IMG/VR virus record: IMGVR_UViG_3300043424_000316
Location: 13,221 to 77,220 of that record
Strand: one strand, 5' to 3'
Origin: a virus
DNA: 64,000 nucleotides
Of the stretch, positions 1 to 9,357 are shown piece after piece; within the stretch, counting starts at the first letter, position 1; each line of letters begins with the position of its first letter. Both the position numbers and the translations under genes were made by a program. A model generated the notes under the pieces. That model ran no database searches. It was not told the origin of the DNA and worked only from the letters and a program-made list of their open reading frames with translations.

Positions 1-368
1 AAAGAAGGCATATCTAGTTCTTCATAACAAGTTTTTGATAAAACTAAAAAACAAGGAGCTGCATATACATGGGTTTTTGGTGGAATATGATTAGAAACTT
101 GAGCTGCACCTACAAACGATTTATTATCTAATGCATATTTTATAGAATCATCGATTATTTTTCGATTAAGAGGAACACAATCGATTTCAAAAAAAACATA
201 AACATCAGATATAGTATTACGGCAAACTCCTGTCATCCATATTCCTTGATTGACATTCATATTTGAATACTGTATATCTATTCCGAAGTGTTTCATAACT
301 CGTTTGTGGGATTGTAGTATTCTATCGTCTACATTATCCCAATATAATGTATGGTATGATATTTTCAT
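1..368 (-). CDS. GT-A fold glycosyltransferase-like protein, runs off the window edge; paralogue of 62024..62707
   Basis: Not in the ORF track. Manual translation gives MKISYHTLYWDNVDDRILQSHKRVMKHF...YVFFEIDCVPLNR...GAAQVSNHIPPKTHVYAAP, about 62% identical by hand count over 122 aa to 62024..62707. It has ExD where the paralogue has DxD. Confidence 0.75.
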   Translation of the reverse strand, partial: MKISYHTLYWDNVDDRILQSHKRVMKHFGIDIQYSNMNVNQGIWMTGVCRNTISDVYVFFEIDCVPLNRKIIDDSIKYALDNKSFVGAAQVSNHIPPKTHVYAAPCFLVLSKTCYEELDMPS

Positions 369-370
369 CT

Positions 371-1147
371 TTAAATCTCTATACTATTCCACAAATTTTC
401 CCAATCCAAAAATGGATCCTTTTGTTCATTAAATCCCATATGAAGTGCAAGTGAAGTGATTGGTGTAAATAATTTCGCCTCCCATCTCCAAATATGATTT
501 ATTGTTGTTCCTTCATGTACTAAATTTCGTTCACCCCACTCAGTCATATATTCGGTTGATAACATATAAAATCTACTCCAATGTTTTCTAACAAGTTCTG
601 GACTACACATGAAAACGAAAGTAGAATACTTATTTGTTCTCCATCTTCTATTTTTTCCTAAAACTATTCTACATTCATCTATGTAATTTGGTTTGTAGTT
701 ATCTGGATCATCAAATGGGTGTAATCCCACTTCAATTCCTAAATTTTTCTTGAATGTTTTATATGAATCCACCATTTCTTCTATTGCAGTTGGAAAATGT
801 AAATAATCATCTTCTACAAAATAAACTAGATCTGCAGTTGAAGCTCTACCCATTTCAAATTGCATATATCCAGAATAGTTAAATCCTTTTTCTTCTAAAG
901 GAATATATTTGTATTCGTGTTTTGAATTTTTAAATATATCGTGTAAATAATCTACTGTTTTTTGAAATGAATGATCGTCTAACCATATAAATTTTATCTT
1001 ACCATCTTTATAGTTTTCTGCAGAATTTACTAACGATTTTACACATTTTCTTATTAAAGTTTGTTTATCAACTCCACAATATCTTGGTTCTCTTGATGGA
1101 TGAATGTCTATCAAATCATGTGTTCTTAATATAATATCTAAGTTCAT
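371..1147 (-). CDS. Glycosyltransferase family 2-like (GT-A) protein
   Basis: Motifs WLDDHS and VYFVEDDYLH are typical of the GT-A nucleotide-sugar-binding region. Neighbouring genes are GTs. Confidence 0.7.
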   Translation of the reverse strand: MNLDIILRTHDLIDIHPSREPRYCGVDKQTLIRKCVKSLVNSAENYKDGKIKFIWLDDHSFQKTVDYLHDIFKNSKHEYKYIPLEEKGFNYSGYMQFEMGRASTADLVYFVEDDYLHFPTAIEEMVDSYKTFKKNLGIEVGLHPFDDPDNYKPNYIDECRIVLGKNRRWRTNKYSTFVFMCSPELVRKHWSRFYMLSTEYMTEWGERNLVHEGTTINHIWRWEAKLFTPITSLALHMGFNEQKDPFLDWENLWNSIEI

Positions 1148-1152
1148 ATCAT

Positions 1153-1749
1153 TTACCTTTTAAATAACCATGTTTGTTCAGCATAATTATATGCAGCTGC
1201 TTTTATTTTAATTACATTTGGTTTACCAAAAAAATCATCGACTGCATCCATAACGGAAGGCCATGCATAATCATCACCGGCAATATATCCACCTTTTTTC
1301 AACTTTGGAAACCAATGTTCTATATCAGATTTAACACTCGCGTAATCATGTGCTGCATCTATAAAAATAAAATCCAAACTTTCATTTTCATATAGTTTTG
1401 ATGCTTCAGTTGAAGACATTCTAATTGGATTTATTACAGATTTAATAGAATACGTATTTTTTATGAACTCATCGTATAAACCATTTGGTATTTCTAATAA
1501 AGGTTCATATGAATCATTTTTTTTATCTAAATGTTCTGATGAACCCTCCCATGTATCTATACAATCAAAAGTAATTTTCTTACCACTATTTATTATCTCA
1601 ACACCCATATATGTTGAACTTTTTCCTTTCCAGCTACCAATTTCAACAAAATGATACTGATCCACATCATTACAAGAAAGAACCATTTGTGTAAAAAGTT
1701 TTTCTTGAACAAACCAACCTGGAATTTTGTAGTAATAATGGTTTATCAT
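1153..1749 (-). CDS. Class I SAM-dependent methyltransferase (Methyltransf_24-like)
   Basis: VEIGSWKGKS motif I, IDTW, DFIFIDAAHDYASV and LKKGGYIAGDDY. Confidence 0.85.
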   Translation of the reverse strand: MINHYYYKIPGWFVQEKLFTQMVLSCNDVDQYHFVEIGSWKGKSSTYMGVEIINSGKKITFDCIDTWEGSSEHLDKKNDSYEPLLEIPNGLYDEFIKNTYSIKSVINPIRMSSTEASKLYENESLDFIFIDAAHDYASVKSDIEHWFPKLKKGGYIAGDDYAWPSVMDAVDDFFGKPNVIKIKAAAYNYAEQTWLFKR

Positions 1750-2756
1750 TATTTATATCCCTCAGCTAATTTGATAAGTTCTTCTCTAATTTTTAGAAAC
1801 GGTTCGTCCCATTCTCCATATTTTTCTTGTCTAAATAATCTAACGGAATCATACCAAGCTGATGTATTTCCTGGAACAACCCATGTGTAATACGGCATTA
1901 TTGGAATCACTATCCATGTTGGTTTTCCCATAGCAGCTGCTAAATGTGCAACAGAAGTACAAGAAGAAATTATTAAATCACATCCGGCTATTATATTAGC
2001 AGTTTCTTCCCATGTCTTCATTTGTTCTCTCATATCACCAAATGGAAGGCCATCTACTAAATTTTCATCTCTTTGAAGTGAATAAAATGTTGTATTTGGA
2101 ATATCATGCAGGTTAATCATTAAATCTGGAGGAAATCTTCTATGTTGTTCATCTTCAAAATCTGGTGAACCACTCCATCTAATACCTACTTTTAAAGTTC
2201 CTTCTTTTGAAAATAATTTTCTCGGTTCTTTTGCAGATATAAAAGGAGATCCATCCAAATCATCTAATTCCATTCCCAATACATAAGCAGCTGACATTGC
2301 TGGGACCCAATAGTCATAGTGGGCACCCATTACAATCTCATTATCTACACAAATAAATCCTTGACGAGAAAATAATTCTTTTATTTCAGGAGCACATGAA
2401 ACCAAAACTCTTGCACCCATTTCCTGAAATTTTTTAGCGAAACGAAAATTTAGTATTTGATCACCATAACCACCTTCACATCTAAATAAAAGAGTTTTAT
2501 TTTCAAGTGGTTCATTTTTCCATATTTTTCCAGGAAGTGCTGGTAATCCAAAAACATTTATGAAACGACCGTAATTAAAATGTTCAAATGCTTTAATCAT
2601 ATTTCCATGACGCATTTCATGCCATCCTAAATTAAAAAGAACTCTTGTATCATCTTGTGACTGTTCTCTTAATATCTGTTCACTAATTTCTGGTTTTCCA
2701 CCTACTGCATATGATAATGCCTCATCAAGTGGATGTATTTTTTTGTCCATAATCAT
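1749..2756 (-). CDS. Short TPR-like N-terminus plus GT9-like (GT-B) glycosyltransferase
   Basis: EGGYGDQILNFRF, VGIRWSGSP, FYSLQ, DLIISSCTSVAHLAAAMGKPTW and WYDSVRLFRQ..GEW, the pattern of TPR/GT9 proteins. Confidence 0.8.
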   Translation of the reverse strand: MIMDKKIHPLDEALSYAVGGKPEISEQILREQSQDDTRVLFNLGWHEMRHGNMIKAFEHFNYGRFINVFGLPALPGKIWKNEPLENKTLLFRCEGGYGDQILNFRFAKKFQEMGARVLVSCAPEIKELFSRQGFICVDNEIVMGAHYDYWVPAMSAAYVLGMELDDLDGSPFISAKEPRKLFSKEGTLKVGIRWSGSPDFEDEQHRRFPPDLMINLHDIPNTTFYSLQRDENLVDGLPFGDMREQMKTWEETANIIAGCDLIISSCTSVAHLAAAMGKPTWIVIPIMPYYTWVVPGNTSAWYDSVRLFRQEKYGEWDEPFLKIREELIKLAEGYK

Positions 2757-2775
2757 AACCTCTTATTTTTAATTA

Positions 2776-2807
2776 CTAATATAAGTAATTTTCATAAATA
2801 AAACAAA
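2776..2807 (-). promoter_or_regulatory. Candidate Bacteroidota-type sigma70 promoter
   Basis: The minus strand reads TTTG-N20-TATATTAG (consensus TTTG-N19-21-TAnnTTTG), intergenic and upstream of the GT9/methyltransferase/GT2 run. Confidence 0.5.
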
Positions 2808-2815
2808 TGTTTTTA

Positions 2816-5800
2816 TCAATAATTTCTAATAATCATAGAATGCCGATTACCAACACTTCCGGAAATCCAACTGTATTGTGTTCCTATTTGCGTAATCAGT
2901 GAACGACTTATTTTATCTCCGGTTCCTAATTGTCCAAAATTATTATTACCCCATACCCATACAGTATTATTAGATTTTACTACAACGGTAGAATCTTCGT
3001 TATTGTTGAGACCGGATTGAGAATTTGATATAACGGCATTCAACCAATCTGTATCATTACCCAGTTGAATTGGGGATGATCTATTTATATTAAAATTTTG
3101 GTCATAACCTAAATTTCCACTATTTGATAAACCCCAAGACCATAATGATCCATCATTTTGTAATCCAATTACAACATACTGACCTAATGATGCACTTGCG
3201 AAAGTCGGGATTGAAGTAATTTGAATTGGACTGGATCTACTAATTACATTAGCTGTTCCAAATTGATAATTACCAGTACCCCAACCCCAAACATAACCAT
3301 TATTTTGAATTGCTAAAGTAGTTACTTGAAAGTCTGTATTGGTTATGTATACTTCCGACCAATTATTTAAAGTTCCTATTTGAACGGGAGAAGATCTATT
3401 AGTAGTTACACCAATTCCTAATTGACCATTCCCGTTTGCACCCCAACCCCATAATGTCCCATCGGTTTTAATAGCCATTGCATACGTAATTCCGGCAGCA
3501 ATTTTTGACCAATTATTTAAAGTTCCTATTTGAACAGGAGAAGATCGTGTTACAACGGTTCCGTCTCCTAATTGACCACTTGAATTTAATCCCCAACCCC
3601 AAAGTGTACCATCTGTTTTTATAGATACCGAGTGAGCATCACCAGCAGAAACTAATGACCAATTATTTAAAGTTCCTATTTGAACAGGAGAAGAACGGAA
3701 TGATGTGGTATTATCACCCAATCTACCATTATTATTGCTACCCCAAGTCCAAAGTGTTCCATCCGTTTTTACTGCCATCGTATGTGAAAATGATGCATCA
3801 ATCTTGGACCAATTATTTAATGTACCAACTTGGACTGGAGAAGAATAACTTGTTGTATTTCCAGTACCTAGTCTACCATTTGCATTGTTACCCCAAGCCC
3901 ATAATGTACCATTTGTTTGTATTGCCATGGTATAACTTGAACCTGCAGAAATCTGAGACCAGTTACTTAATGTTCCGATTTGAACAGGAGAAGATCGTGT
4001 TGTAATAGTTCCATTCCCTAATTGACCAAATGAATTTGGTCCCCATGACCAAATACTGTTATCTGTTGCAAGAGCTATTGTAAAATCAGTTCCTCCAGTT
4101 GAAATCGATTTAAAACTTCTATCAGTTGGTATTTTATTTGGAACATAAGTGTTTCGATTTGTTCCAGCCAAAGTATCAGAAGCATTACCCCAAAACCAAA
4201 GTGTTCCATCCGTTTTTATACCAAAACTCCTCAGATAACCGGTTTCAACTGAATGCCAGTTTGTTAAAGTTCCAATTTGAACCGGAGATGAACGATTAAC
4301 AGCAGTGCCGTCTCCTACTTGACCACTTGTATTACGACCCCAACCCCAAAGTGTACCGTCTGTTTTAACAGCTAACATATGTCCCTGGTCACCAGCAGAA
4401 ACTTTTGCCCAATTTGTTAATGTGCCAACTTGTGTTGGAACTGATCTATTTACATTTGATACGTTTTGACCTAATGTACCTATAAAATTATCAGATCCCC
4501 ATGTCCACAATGTATTGTTAGATCGTATTGCAGCAGCACTATTATCACCTTTTGCCGATATAGATGACCAGTCAGTAAATACACCAACTTGAACTGGACT
4601 AGATCTACTAACAATATCATTATTTATACCTAATTTACCAGATGATGCCTCACCCCATGCAAATAAAACATTATTATTTGTGATAGCATAGGTTACGAGT
4701 GCTCCACTTTCTACCACATTCCAATCGGTTCTCGTTCCGATTTGAACTGGAGAATTTTTATTTATTATACTGTTATCTCCTAACTGACCGATTGAATTTA
4801 TTCCCCATGCCCAAAGTGCACCACTACTACTAATTGCCATAGTATGTGAAAATCCTGCCGAAGTCATTTTCCATTGTGTGATATTACCAATTTGATTAGG
4901 TGAAACATAATCCCAATTTATACCACTTCTTAAATCTGTTCCAGTTGTTGGTCCAATCGACTGCAATCTTGATGTTGTATCTATTGCATGCACAACATTT
5001 CCTGTTCCACCGGAAGAAACTTGTGACCAACTGTTCAAAGTTCCTATTTGTACGGGGGATGACTGATTATTTGATCCACCAGGAGATCCAGTTTGTGTTG
5101 ATAATGGAGTATTTATAGATCCCCACAACCATAATGTATTATCATTTCTTATTGCAAAACTATTTGTACCAGATAAACCGGTGGTAATCCAAGAATTTAA
5201 CGTTCCAATTTGAACAGGAGATGATCTATTTACAAAATTAGTAGACAATCCTAATATACCGTTACTATCACTACCCCACGACCATAATGTACCGTCTGTT
5301 TTAATTGACATTACATGTGCACCACCAGAAAATACAGATGACCAGTTGGTTAATGTTCCAATTTGAACTGGACTTATTTTAGATATAGATGTTCCGTCTC
5401 CTAATTGACCATTTGTATTTGATCCCCAACTCCATAATGTTCCATCATATTTTATTGCCAAAGTGCTATTGCTACATATTGCTGCGTTTGACCAATCATT
5501 TGTTGAACCAAGTTGAGTAGGCACACTGTAAATTACTTGTCTTAATGAATATGGAGACTCACCTGCACCATAAAGTTGATTACTATTGTTTATTACAAGT
5601 GTATATCTATAACCGGTCATTCTACCTAAAACAGGTTTATTCCAATTCGTTAATACTCCAACTTGAATTGGAGATGATCTAGATATAGTGTCACCAATCC
5701 CAAATACTCCACCATTATTTGATCCCCATGTCCACAATGTACCGTCTGTTTTGATCGCCATTACATGACCACCGCCAGAAAATACAGATGACCAGTTGGT

Positions 5801-7165
5801 CAATGTTCCGATTTGAACTGGAGAAGATATGTTGCCAGTTACACCAATTCCTAATTGACCAAAGTTATTTTCACCCCAACCCCACAATGTTCCATCGGTT
5901 TTTATTGCCATGGTATAACTCATACCTGCAGAAATCTGAGACCAATTACTTAATGTTCCGATTTGAACAGGAGATGATCTATTAGTATTGGTGCCAATTC
6001 CTAGTTGACCGGCAGTATTTCCACCCCATCCCCATAATGTTCCAGTTGTTTTAATTGCCATAGTAAATGAGGCACCAGATGAAATTTTTGACCAATCGGT
6101 TTGTGCCCCAATTTGAACTGGAGATGATCTACTGGTAGTTACGCCACTTCCTAATTGTCCAGATGTATTAGTTCCCCACGACCAAAGCGTACCAGTATTT
6201 CTTATCGCCATGGTAAATGAGTTTCCAGCTGAAATCTCTGTCCAAGAATTTAGATTTCCAATTTGAATTGGGGAAGAAAATGTAAAATTAACTGTACCTT
6301 GTCCTATGGATCCATCCACATTAAATCCCCAACCCCACAATGTTCCATCTGTTTTAATTGCAACGGTATGATTTCCTCCAGAAAAAACTTTACTCCAATT
6401 TGTTAAAGTTCCTAATTGAACTGGAGATGATTTAAAAACAAATGATCCCGTTGTCCATAACATACCATCGGTTTCAGAACCCCAACCCCATAATGTCCCA
6501 TCGGTTTTTATCATGGTTATAGTGGCATTATTACCAACTGTTGTTGTTCCGTTTGCCCAATTTTGAGGATAATTTACAATCGCTAATTCTGAAGCAGGTG
6601 GGTATATTGACAACCCCCCATTTGCATCAGAACCCCAACCCCATAATTTTCCATCACTTGTTATTCCAATACTGTGTTTATTACTACTTGCATTTGGAGC
6701 TACAAAAGATGACCAATTTGTAAGCGTTCCAATTTGAACTGGAGATGAACGATTTATAGTCGTACCATCTCCTATTTGACTACTGATATTATTTCCCCAT
6801 GCCCATAACGTTCCATTTGTTCTTATAGCAATAGTTTCGGCATTGCCGGCTTTTACATTAGACCATGTATTTAGTGTACCAATTTGAACTGGAGATGATC
6901 TACTAACAGAATCATTTGTACCCAACTGTCCATCTAAATTTCTACCCCAACCCCAAAGTGTGCCATCCGTTTTAACAGCCATCGTATGTGACGCTCCAAC
7001 GGAAACCACTGACCATGTTGTTCCAGAAACAACATCTCTAAAAAATCCTTCGGAAATAGAATTATTTAATTGTCCCCAAGCGGTATTACCATTACCCCAC
7101 AATTCAGTTGTTGGTATGTATGGGGTATATGATCTAGAAACATTGAGTAATATATCCTTTATCAT
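2816..7165 (-). CDS. RCC1-repeat multi-beta-propeller protein (28 blades), probable virion adhesin
   Basis: 27 full repeats of about 50 aa (W..xSxG..HTMAIKTDGTLWGWG.N..GQLG....RSSPVQIG) plus complementary N- and C-terminal half repeats. Confidence 0.9.
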   Translation of the reverse strand: MIKDILLNVSRSYTPYIPTTELWGNGNTAWGQLNNSISEGFFRDVVSGTTWSVVSVGASHTMAVKTDGTLWGWGRNLDGQLGTNDSVSRSSPVQIGTLNTWSNVKAGNAETIAIRTNGTLWAWGNNISSQIGDGTTINRSSPVQIGTLTNWSSFVAPNASSNKHSIGITSDGKLWGWGSDANGGLSIYPPASELAIVNYPQNWANGTTTVGNNATITMIKTDGTLWGWGSETDGMLWTTGSFVFKSSPVQLGTLTNWSKVFSGGNHTVAIKTDGTLWGWGFNVDGSIGQGTVNFTFSSPIQIGNLNSWTEISAGNSFTMAIRNTGTLWSWGTNTSGQLGSGVTTSRSSPVQIGAQTDWSKISSGASFTMAIKTTGTLWGWGGNTAGQLGIGTNTNRSSPVQIGTLSNWSQISAGMSYTMAIKTDGTLWGWGENNFGQLGIGVTGNISSPVQIGTLTNWSSVFSGGGHVMAIKTDGTLWTWGSNNGGVFGIGDTISRSSPIQVGVLTNWNKPVLGRMTGYRYTLVINNSNQLYGAGESPYSLRQVIYSVPTQLGSTNDWSNAAICSNSTLAIKYDGTLWSWGSNTNGQLGDGTSISKISPVQIGTLTNWSSVFSGGAHVMSIKTDGTLWSWGSDSNGILGLSTNFVNRSSPVQIGTLNSWITTGLSGTNSFAIRNDNTLWLWGSINTPLSTQTGSPGGSNNQSSPVQIGTLNSWSQVSSGGTGNVVHAIDTTSRLQSIGPTTGTDLRSGINWDYVSPNQIGNITQWKMTSAGFSHTMAISSSGALWAWGINSIGQLGDNSIINKNSPVQIGTRTDWNVVESGALVTYAITNNNVLFAWGEASSGKLGINNDIVSRSSPVQVGVFTDWSSISAKGDNSAAAIRSNNTLWTWGSDNFIGTLGQNVSNVNRSVPTQVGTLTNWAKVSAGDQGHMLAVKTDGTLWGWGRNTSGQVGDGTAVNRSSPVQIGTLTNWHSVETGYLRSFGIKTDGTLWFWGNASDTLAGTNRNTYVPNKIPTDRSFKSISTGGTDFTIALATDNSIWSWGPNSFGQLGNGTITTRSSPVQIGTLSNWSQISAGSSYTMAIQTNGTLWAWGNNANGRLGTGNTTSYSSPVQVGTLNNWSKIDASFSHTMAVKTDGTLWTWGSNNNGRLGDNTTSFRSSPVQIGTLNNWSLVSAGDAHSVSIKTDGTLWGWGLNSSGQLGDGTVVTRSSPVQIGTLNNWSKIAAGITYAMAIKTDGTLWGWGANGNGQLGIGVTTNRSSPVQIGTLNNWSEVYITNTDFQVTTLAIQNNGYVWGWGTGNYQFGTANVISRSSPIQITSIPTFASASLGQYVVIGLQNDGSLWSWGLSNSGNLGYDQNFNINRSSPIQLGNDTDWLNAVISNSQSGLNNNEDSTVVVKSNNTVWVWGNNNFGQLGTGDKISRSLITQIGTQYSWISGSVGNRHSMIIRNY

Positions 7166-7174
7166 AGTATAACC

Positions 7175-9088
7175 TTATAGATTTTGAGCACCAATAAAAC
7201 CATACCAATTAGTTCCTTGATTTGTTGTAATAAAACCATAAATATCTTTTTTTCCATTTGTTGATGTAACAGATGGTGGCAATCCACCAGACCAAGTAAC
7301 AGCAGAACCCCAATTCCAAACATAAGGGCTTCCATTTCCAGTTGTAACTAATGTAAAACTACCAGCATAATTTGTTGCAGGTGGATTTGTTATTGTAAAA
7401 CTGTTTACATTATTATTTACAGTTACTTCAAAAACGTTAGCACTTGATAAATCAAGTGTCAATCCAGTGGGAACACCACCTATTACAACAGTTGCTTCTC
7501 TTTCTTCAATATCAGTCAATCTTGTAGTTGCTGATATAATAGCACTGCCCGTAATGTTTAATGTTGTTCCATCAAATGATAGATTAGTCTCTGCATTGGC
7601 AGAATTAGAACTACCATCGGATGTTAGTATTCTATTATCAGATGCGTTAGAAATTGTTGAAAATCCAGTGCCAGAAGTTCCAGATGTTCCAGTTGCACCG
7701 GTTGCACCAGATGTACCACTTGTTCCAGATGTCCCATTTGCACCAGAAGTTCCAGATGTTCCAGTTGCACCGGTTGCACCGGATGTACCACTTGTTCCGG
7801 ATACACCAGTAGCACCAGAAGTTCCAGATGTACCAGATGTTGCAGCAGAATAACTTGTTCCGTTTATTATCAGTGAACCATTTATGTCCAATGAACCCGT
7901 TATATCGGTGTTTGAATAAATGGTAACACGTGAACCGTTATCAAATATATTTGAATTTGTAATGTGGTCACTACCTTGTGATTTTGCAATATAATTTAGA
8001 GTAAGACCGGATTCGTCCCCAAGTGAACCAGTATTTCTTGGTCCAGATATAAACATTCCACCAGAATATGTTGATCCACTAACCTGTTGATATATCCATT
8101 TATTATTTTGACTATCCCATAATAATGATGATGTTGCTTGGTGTGAAAGAGAACCACTATCGTAAACAACGAGTCCACCAAATCTTTCTGCAGGTTCAAA
8201 AACATTTACTGAAATTTTAGATGAACTCACTGCAAGTTGAGATGCAGTTACATATGTTATAGATGAAGAACCGAATACACTTAAATTTTGTGTTATTACA
8301 AGCGATCCAGTTATTATTTGATCACCAACAAGTGTAAGCAAACTTCCATTAAATGATAGATTAGTCTCTGCATTGGCAGAATTGGAACTACCATCGGATG
8401 TTAGTATTCTATTATCAGATGCATTCGATATTGTTGAAAATCCAGTACCAGATGTTCCAGATGAACCACTGCTACCATTAAATCCAGAACTTCCAGATGA
8501 ACCAGAGGTTCCAGATGATCCAGAACTTCCAGATGAACCAGAAGTTCCACTTAGACCAGTTTCACCAGATGTTCCAGACGAACCACTTGTTCCAGATGTT
8601 CCAGATGAACCACCACTTCCATTAACACCAGATGTACCAGATGTTCCAGATACACCATCTACTCCAGAAATTCCAGATGAACCTGAACTACCTGAAGATC
8701 CGGATTCACCAGATGTTCCAGAAGATCCAGATTCACCAGATGTACCACTACTTCCACTTGTACCATTAGCTCCATTAGCTCCAGATGTTCCCGATGTACC
8801 GTTTGCTCCAGAAGTTCCCGATGTACCAGAAGAACCACTTGTTCCAGAACTTCCCGATGAACCAGAATTTCCGGATGTTCCTGATGTTCCGTTTGCACCG
8901 GAAGTTCCACTTGTACCGTTTGCTCCAGATGTTCCAGATGTTCCAGCAACACCAAATTCAACACCACCAGCAGTTACACCGTCACCGATATAAAATTTTT
9001 TGGTATCTGTTGTGTATATTGGTTCACCTTGAACAGGTGTTATACTTGTTCTATCAGCTTCCGTTCCGCGTCTTAATCGTAGTGGCAT
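7175..9088 (-). CDS. Tail fibre-like protein with an Mtd_N-type N-terminus and (Gly-Thr/Ser-Ser)n collagen-like tracts
   Basis: N-terminus LRLRRGTEADRTSITPVQGEPIYTTDTKKFYIGDG, two G-X-Y tracts and a C-terminal beta domain (LTLDLSSANVFEVT...KDIYGFIT..GTNWYG). Confidence 0.75.
   Translation of the reverse strand: MPLRLRRGTEADRTSITPVQGEPIYTTDTKKFYIGDGVTAGGVEFGVAGTSGTSGANGTSGTSGANGTSGTSGNSGSSGSSGTSGSSGTSGTSGANGTSGTSGANGANGTSGSSGTSGESGSSGTSGESGSSGSSGSSGISGVDGVSGTSGTSGVNGSGGSSGTSGTSGSSGTSGETGLSGTSGSSGSSGSSGTSGSSGSSGFNGSSGSSGTSGTGFSTISNASDNRILTSDGSSNSANAETNLSFNGSLLTLVGDQIITGSLVITQNLSVFGSSSITYVTASQLAVSSSKISVNVFEPAERFGGLVVYDSGSLSHQATSSLLWDSQNNKWIYQQVSGSTYSGGMFISGPRNTGSLGDESGLTLNYIAKSQGSDHITNSNIFDNGSRVTIYSNTDITGSLDINGSLIINGTSYSAATSGTSGTSGATGVSGTSGTSGATGATGTSGTSGANGTSGTSGTSGATGATGTSGTSGTGFSTISNASDNRILTSDGSSNSANAETNLSFDGTTLNITGSAIISATTRLTDIEEREATVVIGGVPTGLTLDLSSANVFEVTVNNNVNSFTITNPPATNYAGSFTLVTTGNGSPYVWNWGSAVTWSGGLPPSVTSTNGKKDIYGFITTNQGTNWYGFIGAQNL
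7574..8462. repeat. Near-identical direct repeat of about 110 bp inside the fibre gene (copies at about 7574-7686 and 8351-8462)
   Basis: Both copies encode GTSGTGFSTISNASDNRILTSDGSSNSANAETNLSF and differ only by a few synonymous changes. Confidence 0.9.
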
Positions 9089-9121
9089 TAAAATACTCGT
9101 GTAAATTCAATATAAATTATT

Positions 9122-9355
9122 TTAGTTACCATTTGCATTTATCCTATTAAGCAAACTTCTAAGCAACTCCGTTTCATCATCAGTTAATGGTGTCTGATTT
9201 GATTGAGACTGTACATTTTTTGCACCAAAGTCTGTCTCATGTTCAGATGTAGCTGGTACGGCAGTGCAACCATCTGGCCATTGTACTTCTGAAATACCGT
9301 CCCATATAACTATATTAGTTACAAAACCATCTTCATTTATTAAAGCATATCTCAT
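9122..9355 (-). CDS. Small fibre-associated or assembly-type protein
   Basis: MRYALINEDGFVTNIVIWDG-type small gene directly after a glycine-rich fibre. ATG at 9355 is preferred because it avoids overlap with the upstream gene. Confidence 0.55.
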   Translation of the reverse strand: MRYALINEDGFVTNIVIWDGISEVQWPDGCTAVPATSEHETDFGAKNVQSQSNQTPLTDDETELLRSLLNRINANGN

Positions 9356-9357
9356 TT

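Noticed and set aside
189-196. A8 homopolymer as a phase-variation switch in the GT gene
   Set aside because: Runs of this length are common in this AT-rich sequence and the reading frame is intact.
1-368. Terminal repeat or circular overlap with 62024..62707
   Set aside because: Only about 62% amino-acid identity with different flanking genes, so this is a paralogue and not a genome-end duplication.
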